DNA from: Lingula anatina
Lineage: Eukaryota > Animalia > Brachiopoda
NCBI GenBank assembly: GCA_051362555.1
Contig: CM120648.1
Span: 8,738,587-8,802,586 of the forward strand
Reading direction: 5' to 3'
Length of the DNA stretch: 64,000 bases
Position numbers and translations under genes: made by a program. The notes beneath the pieces were generated by a model, which made no database searches, was not told the DNA's origin, and saw nothing but the letters and a program-made list of their open reading frames with translations. Below, piece by piece: positions 14,028 to 26,741 of the stretch; positions within the stretch are counted from its first letter, which is position 1, and each line of letters opens with the position of its first letter.

Positions 14028-14082
14028 ACTCCGGTTATAGGGGCCTACTCAACGTTCACCACGTCAATCTCTCCGTCTCCCT

Positions 14083-14121
<39 letters not shown>

Positions 14122-14522
14122 CAGAGTGTATTAGATTTTCATAAACTGAGGAATGTGTGCAACCACGCTAGGCTGTCACCCTGATGCCACCTGATAAACG
14201 AACCTAAAAACCATGCTTGTCAACCATACTTGTCCAACATCAGTCGAAACATAATATAAATAAATTAATTAAATTAAAAAAACGCTCAAAAGCATCGAAA
14301 TATTTTTCAACAAATCTAATAAAATCGCCATATACACCCCATATAGACCATAATTTATGGAAGCTTATGAAACGTAATCTCGGGGAAAAAAGCGATTCAA
14401 TCCAAATAGAGTAGGCCTACCCAATAGAAGCAGACCCTGGATCATGCATCCTCGAACACGTTACCGTGCATCTTTCTTTAATTTCCATGGCTTCACCGGC
14501 TTAACTAAAAAGAATGAGATTT

Positions 14523-14665
14523 CAGGCCCGTAACCAGCAATTTCTGAAAAAGTGGACCTTTCACCACGAAACCTTCGTATTTAGATCAATTTTTACCCAG
14601 GGCGGACCTTTTCCCGACCAAAAGGAAGGTTTGTTCGGACCCCCACACCCCTAGCTAAAGCCCTG
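14523..14665. mobile_element. Small hAT-like MITE
   Basis: Imperfect TIRs CAGGCCCGTAACCAG ... CTAGCTAAAGCCCTG, flanked by a GATTT direct repeat. Confidence 0.4.
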
Positions 14666-14667
14666 GA

Positions 14668-14963
14668 TTTTGATGAAATTTTCATGCAGGCTAGGTCACA
14701 AAAATGGACTAAATCAAAAGTGATTACAGTAGATTTTAGTGGTGTTCCGGTTAACCATCTGGTCGCAGGAATATTTCAAAGGATTCTTCACCATTGCGAG
14801 ATAGGATCAGTTAGTTTTTTTTCTTAAAACTACACAATTGATGATGAGAATAGCTATATAAGCTATAAAATAGTTATTTGATGAATTGATCAATAAATAA
14901 TAAAGAGAAATGAGGGCCTTAGCTGAGGTTAAGCTGCGCTCTATGAGCTGCGCTTTTCTAGTT
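14668..14963 (+). mobile_element. Helentron/HINE-like 3' remnant
   Basis: Ends in a hairpin (GCGC-TCTATGAG-CTGCGC) followed by TTTTCTAGTTT, the typical Helitron/Helentron-derived 3' terminus. 5' end not found. Confidence 0.45.
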
Positions 14964-15757
14964 TATTCTGAAAAGTAGCCTACAGGAAGACATGGCGCTG
15001 TCTAAACGTATTACAGGCAACTTTCATTGTCATTTAGAAAGAAATTATTTCATTTATAATAAACGTGAAATGCAAGAGCAGGGACAGGACAGATCGAATA
15101 CTGATTTATGTGTGGAAGAAAATTACTTTTTTATCAAGGAGAAATCGGTTTTGCGGGAAAACTCTGATAGGATAGTCTACATGTAGGCCTACCTAAGCAA
15201 CACGCCCGTGAAATCAGTTGTCGCAGGTGTCAAAATAATTGTAGCTGTGTCTTGTTCCATATTGGGCTACTTTTCTGTAGTACCAACCGATGCTAGATAA
15301 GCTCTTATTGTCATGTCTGGAAAGGTACGTGGGTATTTACTGCAGGTGGCTGTTCCATTTTAGGCCTAACTATTAAAATATTTCAGTTGACATTTCTGTT
15401 TAATGAGTATTTCTGATTTTGTTTCTTTGTCTTTCTTCATTTAGTTCCAGGCTAGTTAATTCGTGTGAATTAAGTTACAATGTGAACTTAAGTTACAATG
15501 ATAGCGTTGATAATAAAGATAAGGATAGCGTAATTTGACCGACTTGAGATTGGTCTCATCTTGCCGATGTACACCTATCGGCTACTTTTAAGATCCAACT
15601 CTGCCTCCAGAACTGTGTAAGTAGAAATGAGATTGCTTGATAAGGCAATGTCAAAAGAATTGTCTATATTAAGCACAATTTTTGTTGTGATCGAGTAACT
15701 TGGATAATGTTTATATGAATGCTATTATCAAGACAGAAGGTGGTAGGCGGTAGTTGG

Positions 15758-15791
<34 letters not shown>

Positions 15792-16330
15792 TATTTTGAT
15801 AAGTGTTCACTTCTAGCTGTTAGTCCTGCATTTCCGATTATGCATGTGGTCCTAATATCTTCACCTCTCGACCTCATTCCCCACACCAGTACCTGCAAAT
15901 TGCTGTTATAATTATAAATATCCCAATGTTTATAGCTATATTGTACCCTGTACGAACAGTGACACTCAGTGACACTGTAACACACGCCACAGTGTGTGTG
16001 TGTGTGTATGTGTGTGTTTGTGGAGTTCAGAGGGGGAGGTTGGTCCAGACACAGGGAAGTGCTCGTAACACACTCACACACACACATGCACAAACACACA
16101 CAAAATTGTGTGTGTGTGGGGGGGGGGGGGGGGGGGAGACAGGTGCTGAGGTGATAGACTGGGCTTGTACAGTACCATGTGCACATGCTACCGGTAGATC
16201 TTACTTGCCACCTCCTTTTCAAACGTGAAGTAAAGCAACAGGGTTGCACTGCTGTTTTTTCCAGGGTGACCAAATCACAGATTTTGGTGCTAAGAGGATT
16301 GTGAGCTGACTGTCATAATTAGTACACATA

Positions 16331-19300
16331 ATGGGCTCCCCAGTGAAGAAAACTGTAGAACTCTTCTATGATGTGATATCACCCTATTCTTGGCTGGCCT
16401 TTGAAGTAAGTATGCCTGTTGTTATTAAAGGTATCCTGTCTAGGAATTTCCCACCAAAGAGCAGATATATGAATCTATTTTTATGTACAGACACAGATGT
16501 GTCTGTACATATTGCCATCACCTGCGTCTGTCGTCGCCGATGCCGATGCCGATGCCGATGCCGATGCCGTCGCCGGCGCCGTGCACTTACCTTGTAAACA
16601 CGATAACTGCAAGGCAGTTTTACTTTTTGGCTTTATATTTACAGAGCTGATGAATATTCATAAAACGCAGGTCAAGTTCGAAAATCAGCATGATCGGGCC
16701 ATTATTGTAGAAGTTATGCTGTTTTTTCACTTTTCAGCATATATGCAACCTTGTAAACACATTTTAAGGAAAACCGTTAGGCCTGTTGTCATGAAACTCA
16801 CAGGAGTAATCAATCTTACTAAAACGCAGGTTAAGTTCGAAAATCAGCATGATGGGCCACTATTTCAGTAGTTATGCGGTTTTTTCACTTTTCAGCATAT
16901 ATGCAACACTGTAAACACAATATAAGAAAAACAAAAAGCCCAATTGTCATTAAACTCACAGGAATGGTCAGTCTTACTAAAACGCAGGTTGAGTTTGAAA
17001 ATCAGCATAATCGGGGCATTATTTTAGAAGTTATGCTGTTTTTTCACATTTCCTCAGATTTCCTCAGATTTAATTCTTAGGCATGTTAACAGTCTTATTA
17101 TTTTACTAATAAGATACATAAAAGTGTTTGTTTGACATTTCCTGCATCTTTACAACATTGTTAGTTGATTATGTAAAAATGATGGTAAACTTGTTATCGT
17201 GTATTGTGTAATAAAGTGTCAAAAATGGAAATAAACTCATATCATTGCAGTTTGTCAGATTCAATCATTCACTATGTTCAGAATCTCAGAATGGAAGAAA
17301 TTGGACATTTAACACTGTTCTATTGATATTTTTCACATCTCATCAATTTTCTTAGTTGATCGTATAAAAATGGCAGTAACCTATTAATTTTGTTTTATGT
17401 TAAAAAAAGTGTTAAAAATGGAAATAAACCCATTTCAGAACAGTGCAGTCTTGTTTACATTTTGGCATTGTTAAGGTGTGACTTTGAAGTTCTATCGGCC
17501 TAAAAACCTTTGTAAGTCACGTTTACTATTTGTCCATGATACTAATATTTTATTATTAAAAATTGATGATCATTATGCTGTTAAACATTATGTAATATTG
17601 CATCAAAATTTGAAAAAAACCTATTTTGGGCACTGCTCCCATGATGACCATTTAAGAAAAACCATGTCACATACTGTTCTCAAATAGTACAGTTAATATG
17701 TAGAGATGTGTCTATACATATTGCCATCACCTGCGTCTGTCGTCGCCGTCGTCGCCGTCACTGGCGCCGGTGCCATGCACTTTCATTGTAAACACGATAA
17801 GTGGAAGGCAGTTTTACTTTTTGGCTGTATATTTACAGAGCTGATGAATATTCATAAAATGCAGGCCAAGTTCAAAAATCAGCATGATCGGGCCATTAAT
17901 GTAGAAGTTATGCTGTTTTTTCACTTTTCAGCATATATGCAACACTGTAAACACATTTCAAGGAAAACCGATGAGCTTTTTGTCATGAAACTCACAGGAT
18001 TAATCGATCCTACTATAACGCAGGTCAACTTCGAAAATCGGCATGATCAGGGCACTATTTTAGTAGTTATGCTTTTTTTTCACTTTTCAGCATATATGCA
18101 ACACTGTAAACACAATATAAGAAAAACAGATAGGCCAATTGTCATTAAACTCACAGGAGTGGTCATTCCTGCTAAAACGCAGGTTGAGTTCAAAAATCAG
18201 CATAATCGGGCCATTATTTTAAAGAAATGCAGTTTTTTCACATTTCCTCAGATTCAATTCTTAGGCATGTAAACAGTTTCATTATTGAACTAATAAGAAA
18301 AGTAAAAGTGTTTGTTTGGCATTTCCTGCAATTTTACAACATTATTAGTTGATTATGTAAAAATGATGGTAAACTTGTTATCGTGTATTGTGTAATAAAG
18401 TTTCAAAAATGGAAATAAACTCATATCATTGCAGTTTGTCAGATTCAATCATTAAAATTTTGCATCAGAATTGACAGTAGCCTATTTTGTGCATAGTTAT
18501 TTCCTGTTTTTTGTCTGTACATTTGACAGCTTTGCTGCCTTGTTTTGTTTTTGTCTGAAATTTTTTTTATTTTAATTTTTGCAATTTTCTGCTCTTTCAG
18601 GTATTAACCAGGTACAAGACAAAATGGAATATGGACTTACATCTGAAACCTTTTTTTCTTGGTGGCATTATGCAAGGGGCAGGTAAGATATATCAGTTAC
18701 ACCCCGAGGGACACAGTCTAGGGACCACTTCCTTCTATGATCACATTCGGAACAAGTTGATCCGAGAACTAACAGATTCTTAGACTTAATATGACCTCTC
18801 CACTTAAAGCAATGCTGCTAACTCCCTGATGGTTTCCCCTCCTGCACATGCACCATCCCTGCAGGGGTCTAGCAATTAAAACTCAAGAGCCAAGATTTAA
18901 TCCGTTCAATAGCGCATGTGGAGGCGGGGAGACTGTTAACTGTTAACAGAATCATTCTGTAGTTTATTTGGCCATGCAAAATCATGCCCCTCTGTCAAAA
19001 TTGGAAAACATTTTAAAGAGAACTAGCATTGCCTGGTAATCATTATATGAATTATTTTTATACTTTTGTGTACAAAATCTCTTGGTAGGTTTATTGGATG
19101 CTGTCATTTATACATTCTTTATTTTCAGACTGTTTTGAGTACAGTTTTATACTAAAAATGACTATCATATTTCAGGTAATAGACCACCTGGTCTGGTGCC
19201 AAACAAGATGGCTTACATGGACAAAGACTTGAAGAGATTAGGAGAATATTTTAGGGTACCTTTAAAAGCTCCATCGGTAGGCAAGAAAATTTTCATTATA

Positions 19301-20580
19301 TATTTGTTGCTCTGTTTGATTGGTGGGGTCTGGACATGTAAAGCTTAAACAATGCACTCAGTAAAAAATTAAACTAAAACCAATAAAAGAAATATCCTTT
19401 CTGTGCAGGGGTTTAGCCAAGACCAAGAGTGGGGTGGGGTCTTCTGATAATTTTAAAAATCTGTTCAGCTAAAAGATAGGCCATCCTCTGCTGGAAGTCT
19501 CACTGGTTTAAACTTTGTTTCTGTATGAAATAACCCCTGTTTGTTATACAGGATCCAGCAGATGTCATGTTCAATAAAGGATCACTGGCCGCCATGAGGT
19601 ATGTCCTGTCTGTAGACTTGTTACAGAAGGAGAAGACAGAACCAATCAGCAGAGAGTTCTGGATGCGGGTCTGGAGCAGGGTAATTATTACCCTTTACCA
19701 GGGCGACAAATAGATTTATCTTTAGATACTCACGAATGTCTCTGGCTAATTCATGCCTCATTTCTCTATGGCAGAGAAAATGGTCATGGATTAGCTAGGG
19801 CCATATCTATGAATACCTAGTGAAAAATCAATATTTGTCCCTGGTAGAAGGTAGGAATTGTAGCTCTTAGACTAGCAAAATTTCTCTTGTGTATCTTTCA
19901 AAAAAAAAAAGCAAGTGCTATATTCAATATAATGAGTTTAATGAAGTCTATGACCCTTTACACAAAGGAAAGTGCTCACAGTGACAGGTTATTTTTATAT
20001 GGATTGTTTTATTCCAGGATGAAGACATTACAAAGCCTGAGAGTTTTCTACAGGTATGACAAGGTTTTTCTAAGATAACTTGCCTTTTTTTTGAGTTCTT
20101 GAAAAAGCATTATGAAGTGAGTGTGTGTGGCGTCCCTGTGTGTATGTCCTTGCAAATATGTAATCGTTGATGGGTATTTTAAAATTCAAATGTATTTAAA
20201 AGATGATGTTGCATACAATTTTAGGCAGCTGCCAAAGCTCAACTTTCTGATGATGTTGCAAAAACTGCATTAGAAAAAATGACCACAGATGAAATTAAAA
20301 ACAAGCTAAAGGCAAATACACAAGAAGCTCTCGACATGGGGGTAAGAATGTGAATCTCTCAATCTCTCTCTCTCTCTCTCTCTCTCTCGCTCTCTCACAC
20401 ACACACACATTTCAAACAATTTCTACCTAAAATATGTTTCTATCATTTCAGAAAAGTTATGAAACAAGCACACACACATTTCAGTGGAAGTAATACTCAA
20501 GTTAATTGCATTTCTACCTGCGCAGTATCCCCATATTATATCACTCCATATCTACATTTCTTTACCCATGTCTCATAATT

Positions 20581-20635
<55 letters not shown>

Positions 20636-23600
20636 TGAAACCAGACTTTTGGAGCTCCCACCATCATATTGCACAAAGATGGAGAGAAACATCTTTTCTT
20701 TGGAGGGGATAGGTTTGAATTAATGGCACACATAATGGGTAAGCATATCTTTCTTTTCCTGTTATTAACATTTATCTGTAAATACTTCTGGTATGCAATG
20801 TGAGGCTTTGCTTCCTTCCCCCCCCCCCTGGTCCCCACCCCCACCCCCAGCCCCAGCCCCACCCCCAGCCCATCCCTATCCTAATCCTCATCAATTGTGG
20901 GCATGTAATAGGCCAGTAAACGAGCATATTTTCCCCATTGAGGTTGGAAAAAATTGGTGACAAAGGTTTCTCAACTGATTCTGGTCCGTTGAAGGCCCAA
21001 TATAACCCAAAAAATTTCCCCCATGAATCCCCCCATGGCAAAGTCCTGTTTTCGGCGAAAATCCAAAATGGCCGCCATTGAATGGGGTGGGTCACCTTGA
21101 AGTCCATATCTTGGGAACACAATGTCACAGAAACATGTTTAAAGTATAAACTCCTACTAAGTGAGGGATCCCCAATCTTTTGCAACTAGTCTCAAGGTCA
21201 CAGGAGGTCAAGGTCATGACCTAATCCCAAGATCTATACATTTTGCGAGCAAAAAAATGACGTGATGTCCATATATTGGTAACCTAATGTCACAAAAACA
21301 TATTTTAGTCTTAACTATTATTGAATAATGTACAGACAATCTTTTGCAAATTTATTCAGAGTCATTAGAGGTCAAGGTCATGACCCTCATTTCAAGGACA
21401 CTGCATTTTTCGAGCAGAAAATTCCCATATTATCTAAACCTTTGTAATTGGATGTCACAGAAGCATGTTTAAATATCATTTCCTACTAAGTGAGGTTCTG
21501 CGAATAATTTTTAAATGCTTTCTAGGCCACCAGAGGTCAATGTCATGACCTTATTTTCAAGGTCATGTCATTTTTAGCTTGAACAAAATGCCATCATGTC
21601 TATATTTTGATAACCCTATGTCACAGAAACATGTTTAAAGTATCGATTCATACTAAGTTACATATTGCCGATCATTTGAAACTATTTCTAGGATCACCAC
21701 CGGTCAGAGTCATACCCTTATAACAAGGTTGTCATAACATTTAAGAAAAATTGATTTTACACTAATCAAAAACAACACAGGTGATTGTTTAAAGAATATT
21801 TCATTACAGAAAAGGCATCGGCACTACTGCATAGTACTCATTTAAATCAATGACATTCGGTTTACAAGGCTTAAGGGTATACTGTACCCATTTCAAAATC
21901 ACTAAATGTTATACAGTTATATGTTTAAATAAAGCTGTGTTTTACATTATACAGGAACTAAAAGTGAAAAAAAAACATTAAGTACCTGAACCTTGTGTGA
22001 ATATTCCACTATATGTCAGAACTACATTGTTCAAAACTTCCTATTCTATTGTAGGGAGGAGTTGAGCAATGCTTTGTGTTTTTTTCCCAAGATAAATTTC
22101 ATTTCTTCAAAAATCTTCAAATACATGTGGGAGACCTTTAAAGCTTAATAACATGATATAAACTTGTTTCATACTGGGCAAAGACAGCCTATTACACTAT
22201 AACCATTGTAGCCTCACATAAGACATGTAAAAATTGGAATATTCAAAATCTTATTACAGCATTCTATAATACTGCAATGGGGGAATTAATTCATTTTGGG
22301 TACATAAATATTTAGATAAAATATTATGGAATTAGAAATGAGGATGTTTTATATTGGCCACAGGCTGGGGGGGAAATATAACCAGGTGGAATGGCACCTT
22401 TTTATGGTATTTACCTTCTTTTCCAGAAGACAGGTTGCTACACCATTTGAACATCCGTAACCGTTTCTCTCCAGCTTTTATACTAACAGTAGGTCTACAT
22501 GTAGTTGTGGCATAAGCAGTGTTAGGTATGGGTCAAATAAAAGTGTCCCTTTCAGAGAAAAAATACATTTTCCTGGAGAAATTCAAGGAGCAATTTGACT
22601 GCATGATGGACAGTGGTTAAAGGGCAAATGTGTCCTCTGCAGATAAGTTGGACTATTTACTTCAGTGCAACTTGAGGATAAGGCAGTCTGCATTAATGCA
22701 CAACATTCAATAAGCATTTATTACCACCTGATCAACTGATATTTGTTAGAAGGCTATTTCTACATGATGAGCTTCAAACTGAAGGATACAAAGTCCTTTA
22801 CATACGTGTTAGATCCTCGCCCACAGCTACAACTGTTTGTAAGTCCCTTGTCCTTGGTGCTTTGACCATCAAATACAGGCCTGTAGCCAGTGGCATTCTG
22901 GGTAAAATTTTATCTAGGTACACAAATATTTCTAGGTCCACTTTTTCAGAAAAAGCCCCCCTCCCCCCTTTTGAGACTGCTACCTTGTCACAATGACTGT
23001 CGAATGAGATGCAGCAAAGTAAACGAAGGATGATGGTGAGAACCTGTAGCCAGTTTCCTATCCTAACAGACCTGATGAAAACTTCCAGTTTGCAATCATG
23101 TCTCAGTACTAGTTCTCCAATCTGACAGGAGCTGGCATGATTTGAAAACATATAACTACTTTTGACACAGATGAGCACACCAAAAAACAGCGGCTTTAAA
23201 GTTTGTTGACCAAAACATATTACACTTTCTAATAGAGAGTTCACTTGTTGTGAACAAGTTCTCCCCAGCAAGTGGCCTGCTGCTTATTTCAGAATTCCAC
23301 TGCAGGACCAAGAATTGGGATATTTAGGAAAACAGATGCTGAAATGACACTCAAAGGGCACCATCTACAAGTGTGTCTTCACACAAGACAAGTTACTAAT
23401 TTTCCACTCAGCACATTAAAATTACCCAATTAACCCAAGTATCGACTTGCGACAGCATGCTCAGTAGGCTTGGGAGAGGGTGTAGCTTTTAGACCTCGCC
23501 CATCCATGATGGAGCAGAGTCGGAGCTACCGTATAGGTATTGAATCAACCATTAAGAATTAACACATTTTAACATTGGCAATTCAGTAATGGCTAGCCTT

Positions 23601-25479
23601 TGGTTGTCATAAAAGCAACCAAATACAGATACTGATTAAATGGGCAAATAAATGTGCTTTATCCACTATCTCCTCTCTACAATGGCACACAGATACTCCG
23701 AAGTAGATCATACATACAAAGGTGGCTTTAGGTCAATCACTGGGCAGACATGAAGACAGCTTATGCCAATAGTACCTGTATTTAAATGAAGTATTTACAT
23801 CAAACAACAATGGGCTCAGCTCGCTCTATAAAATGTAACATTTATCATTAAGAATGGAGATGCATATTTTGCTCTTAAACAATCTTATGTGTTGTACTTA
23901 GATCACCCTAGAATTAAATTTTCATTAAATTTCATGATGAACTTGCAATAAGGTCAAGCCTGTACCTCCTAGATTTTGGAAATAAATAGTTGCAAACGAT
24001 AAACAGGACCCCATTTACAAGGCATTAATGGCACGCTTAACACGTTTCTGTAACATTTGGTAATTGAGAAATTATGGAATTTTGCTTGAAAATCTCACGA
24101 CCTTGTAATTAGCGGCCATAACCTTTACCTCTGGTGACCTTTAAATTAGTTGCAATTGATTGTTGACTTCTCATTTAGTAGGAATAGATACATTAAAATG
24201 CATGTTTTAGTGACATACGGTTACCAAGTTATAGATAATATGATGTAATTAACTTGGAAAATACCATGCCCTTGAAATTTTCTCATAATCTTGGCCTCTG
24301 GTGACCTTGAAAATAGTTGCAAGTGTTTGGCAGTGTCCCACTTGGTTGATATTGTTTCTTATAACATGTTTCTATGACAACGGGGGAACTGGCATATAGA
24401 CCTATGGGGTTTTTTGCTCCAAAAATGCTTTGACCTTGTAATAAGGTCATGACCTTGACCTCCATTGACCTTGAGACTAGTTGCAAAAGATTGGGGATCA
24501 CTCATTTAGTAGGAGTTGATACTTAAAACATGTTTCTGTGACATTGGGAAACTGTCATATAGACATAACGGGTTTTTTTTCCTCCAAAAATGCTTTGTCC
24601 TTGTAATAAGGTCATGACCTTGACCTCCAGTGACCTTGACACTAGTTGCAAAAGATTGGGTATCACTCAATAAATAGGAGTTGATACTTAAAACCTGTTT
24701 CTGTGACATTGGGAAACTGTCATATAGACATTATAGTTTTTTTTTTCTCCAAAAATGCCTTGACCTTGTAATAAGGCCATGACCTTGACCTTCAGTGACC
24801 TTGAGACTACTTGCAAAAGATTGGGGATCCCTCACTTAGTAGGAGTTGATACTTAAAACATGTTTCTGTGACATTGGGTTCCCAAGTTATGGATTTCAAA
24901 TCCACCCACCCCATTCAATAGCGGCCATTTTGGATTTTTGTGGAAAATGAGACTTTGCCATGGGGGGATTCATGGGGGAATTTTTTTGGGCTATATTGGG
25001 CCTTCAACGGACCAGAATCAGTTGAGAAACCTTTGTCACCAATTTTTTCCAACCTAAGTTGTTTATTGACTGGCCTATAACACAGTAAACACATAAAGGC
25101 TACAATTAGAAATTTAAAAGTGTTACATCAGTTTTCAAGTTTTGTCCTCCCATGCATGTTCGACCTTTAAATTAAAGGGCAAAATAGACTTTTTTCTTGG
25201 AATATCTGCCGATTTTTTCTTTACCCCTATCCCTATCCAATTGATTCCAAAAGCAAATTGTGGTTTATGAACCTGTTTTTGAGTTTTGAATTTATTAGTA
25301 GTCGTATGTATATCAAGATCACTTGGAAGATGCATGCACCAGAAATCTGTGATCTTTTTAATGTAAATTTTTAGATTTTAAATTGATGTAATTCATATTA
25401 CAATTTTCAACTGCTGATTTTTTTTCTCATTTTAGGAGAAAAATGGGAAGGTCCTCTTCCAGAACTCAGTAAGATGTAA
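16331..25479 (+). CDS. GSTK1: Glutathione S-transferase kappa 1, 225 aa
   Basis: Exons 16331-16405, 18601-18682, 19176-19276, 19552-19680, 20018-20053, 20225-20341, 20645-20738, 25436-25479 (678 nt). Motifs: VELFYDVISPYSW (catalytic Ser), LGGIM..GNRPP..PNK, FGAPT, FGGDRFELMAH, GEKWEGP. C-terminal SKM is a PTS1-type peroxisomal signal. Confidence 0.96.
16478..18545 (+). mobile_element. Helentron/HINE-like non-autonomous element, family A (composite: two heads, one tail), in GSTK1 intron 1
   Basis: 5' palindrome ATGTACAGACACA-G-ATGTGTCTGTACAT (16483-16510) in a T-run, (GCCGAT)n microsatellite, about 159-bp internal tandem units. Second head at about 17704. 3' subterminal TGTCTGTACAT (18512-18522) plus short hairpin GACAGC-TTT-GCTGCC, then a T-run. 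Confidence 0.8.
20909..25077. mobile_element. 4.2-kb DNA transposon with long TIRs (Academ-like), in GSTK1 intron 7
   Basis: Termini TAGGCCAGT...ACTGGCCTA with a 3-bp TSD TAA (20906-20908 and 25078-25080). Near-identical inverted arms of about 300 bp extend into about 165-bp subterminal repeats. Interior has stop-interrupted ORF remnants. The superfamily call rests only on the TAG..CTA ends and 3-bp TSD. Confidence 0.8.
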
Positions 25480-26741
25480 ATTAATTGTGAGGATTTGAAA
25501 AACAAAGAAGCCAGGAGCAGTGCCCTACAAGGGCAAAAGTGATTTTACAGTATAAATGTTTTTGTTGACACTTTAAAGTATTGTATTTTTAATATTAACT
25601 GTCTCTGTAAGAAAATTCAGTATGCTGTATACTTAATCACGATACGTTCCCAATCACGATGTGTAATTTCATTGTAATATGCACAACACCATTTTACAGA
25701 TGAAGATTTCTATTTTTATAATTTTATGATGAGTATATGTTCAAGTTCTGATAGCATAAAAATAATCACTTTTTAACACCTTTTCAGCGTATTTCTATCT
25801 TTTATTATTCATCAATAACAATACATGTAAAAATGAGTAAGAGATGCTGCACATGATAAAAAATAGACCCTGAAGTTCTTCAGTGGTTGTTTACAAAATA
25901 CTGGACTGACATCAAGTGTTTATTAAATTGAATTTGCTTCTCATTCAAGTTTTCTTTATTGTATACAGCAAATTAACCAATCCTTGTTTTCTATACACCA
26001 ACGTAAGATTGGAAGGAACAAGTCAAAAAGCGATCGCTAATCAAACGGCTGTTCATAGTCGACTAATATGCCTGCACAGCCAGACAAAACCCCCTATATA
26101 TCTGTATGTACCCTGATCACTGCACTGTATCCGTATCTGTCCGCCAATGTTTTCGCCGTCCAACACCTCACTAGTCGCTATAACTAGTCGCAATAACTAC
26201 CAAACTATGTTTTAGTTTCAATTTAAATTTACCGAGTGGCTCTGCTTGATTGAAAAAAAAAACTGGTTTCTTTTTACAGGCGTTATTGATTGTGTGCATG
26301 TGCGTTTTTCCTCGTATTATATACTTCCATGATTTTAAATAAGTTCAAATTCTGTTGCATTGGAATATTAAATCATTTTAACATCTCTATGAAAATCTTA
26401 TCTTAACAAATAAATGCTCCTATGATTTTCTATTTATATTATATTAATCCTTTTTGTTATTCAAATATCAAATACTGAATATCTCTCTGGTTAAAATGAA
26501 TATTCTGCAGTGTGGTTATGTAGATAGAAAAAAATGTAATCTATTGAAGTAAGGACTAAAAAGCTAAAACAGAGTTGCTTTGTTTATATACACTAAAACA
26601 GATAAATGTGGATTATCAAATAATATAAACGTGTAATGCTATCATCTTACTGATGAAATCACAGCGATTTGAGTGTAAACGAATCCTGTCTGACTTTCAG
26701 ATTATGCACTTGTATAGAAAAAAAAAAGGAAACGGTAAAGT

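Noticed and set aside
15193-15260. Minus-strand ATG-initiated exon-like segment (MEQDTATIILT..) and a similar one at about 14421-14500 as 5' coding exons of the discoidin gene
   Set aside because: Phases do not join the downstream exon without stops, the donors come from the GTAGGCCTAC palindrome, and a better signal-peptide exon exists at 13986-14027.
15728-16273. 181-aa and 100-aa ORFs upstream of GSTK1
   Set aside because: Low-complexity products of poly-G and (CA)/(TG) tracts.
16497-18272. ORFs of 124 aa and 188 aa with repeated FHFSAYMQ motifs
   Set aside because: They are translations of the 159-bp (multiple of 3) tandem units inside the HINE element, starting at GTG, with no known domain.
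25720-25765. ATGATGA...CTGA stem in the GSTK1 3' UTR resembling a SECIS or C/D box
   Set aside because: GSTK1 has no in-frame TGA, and the spacing is too short for a snoRNA or canonical SECIS.
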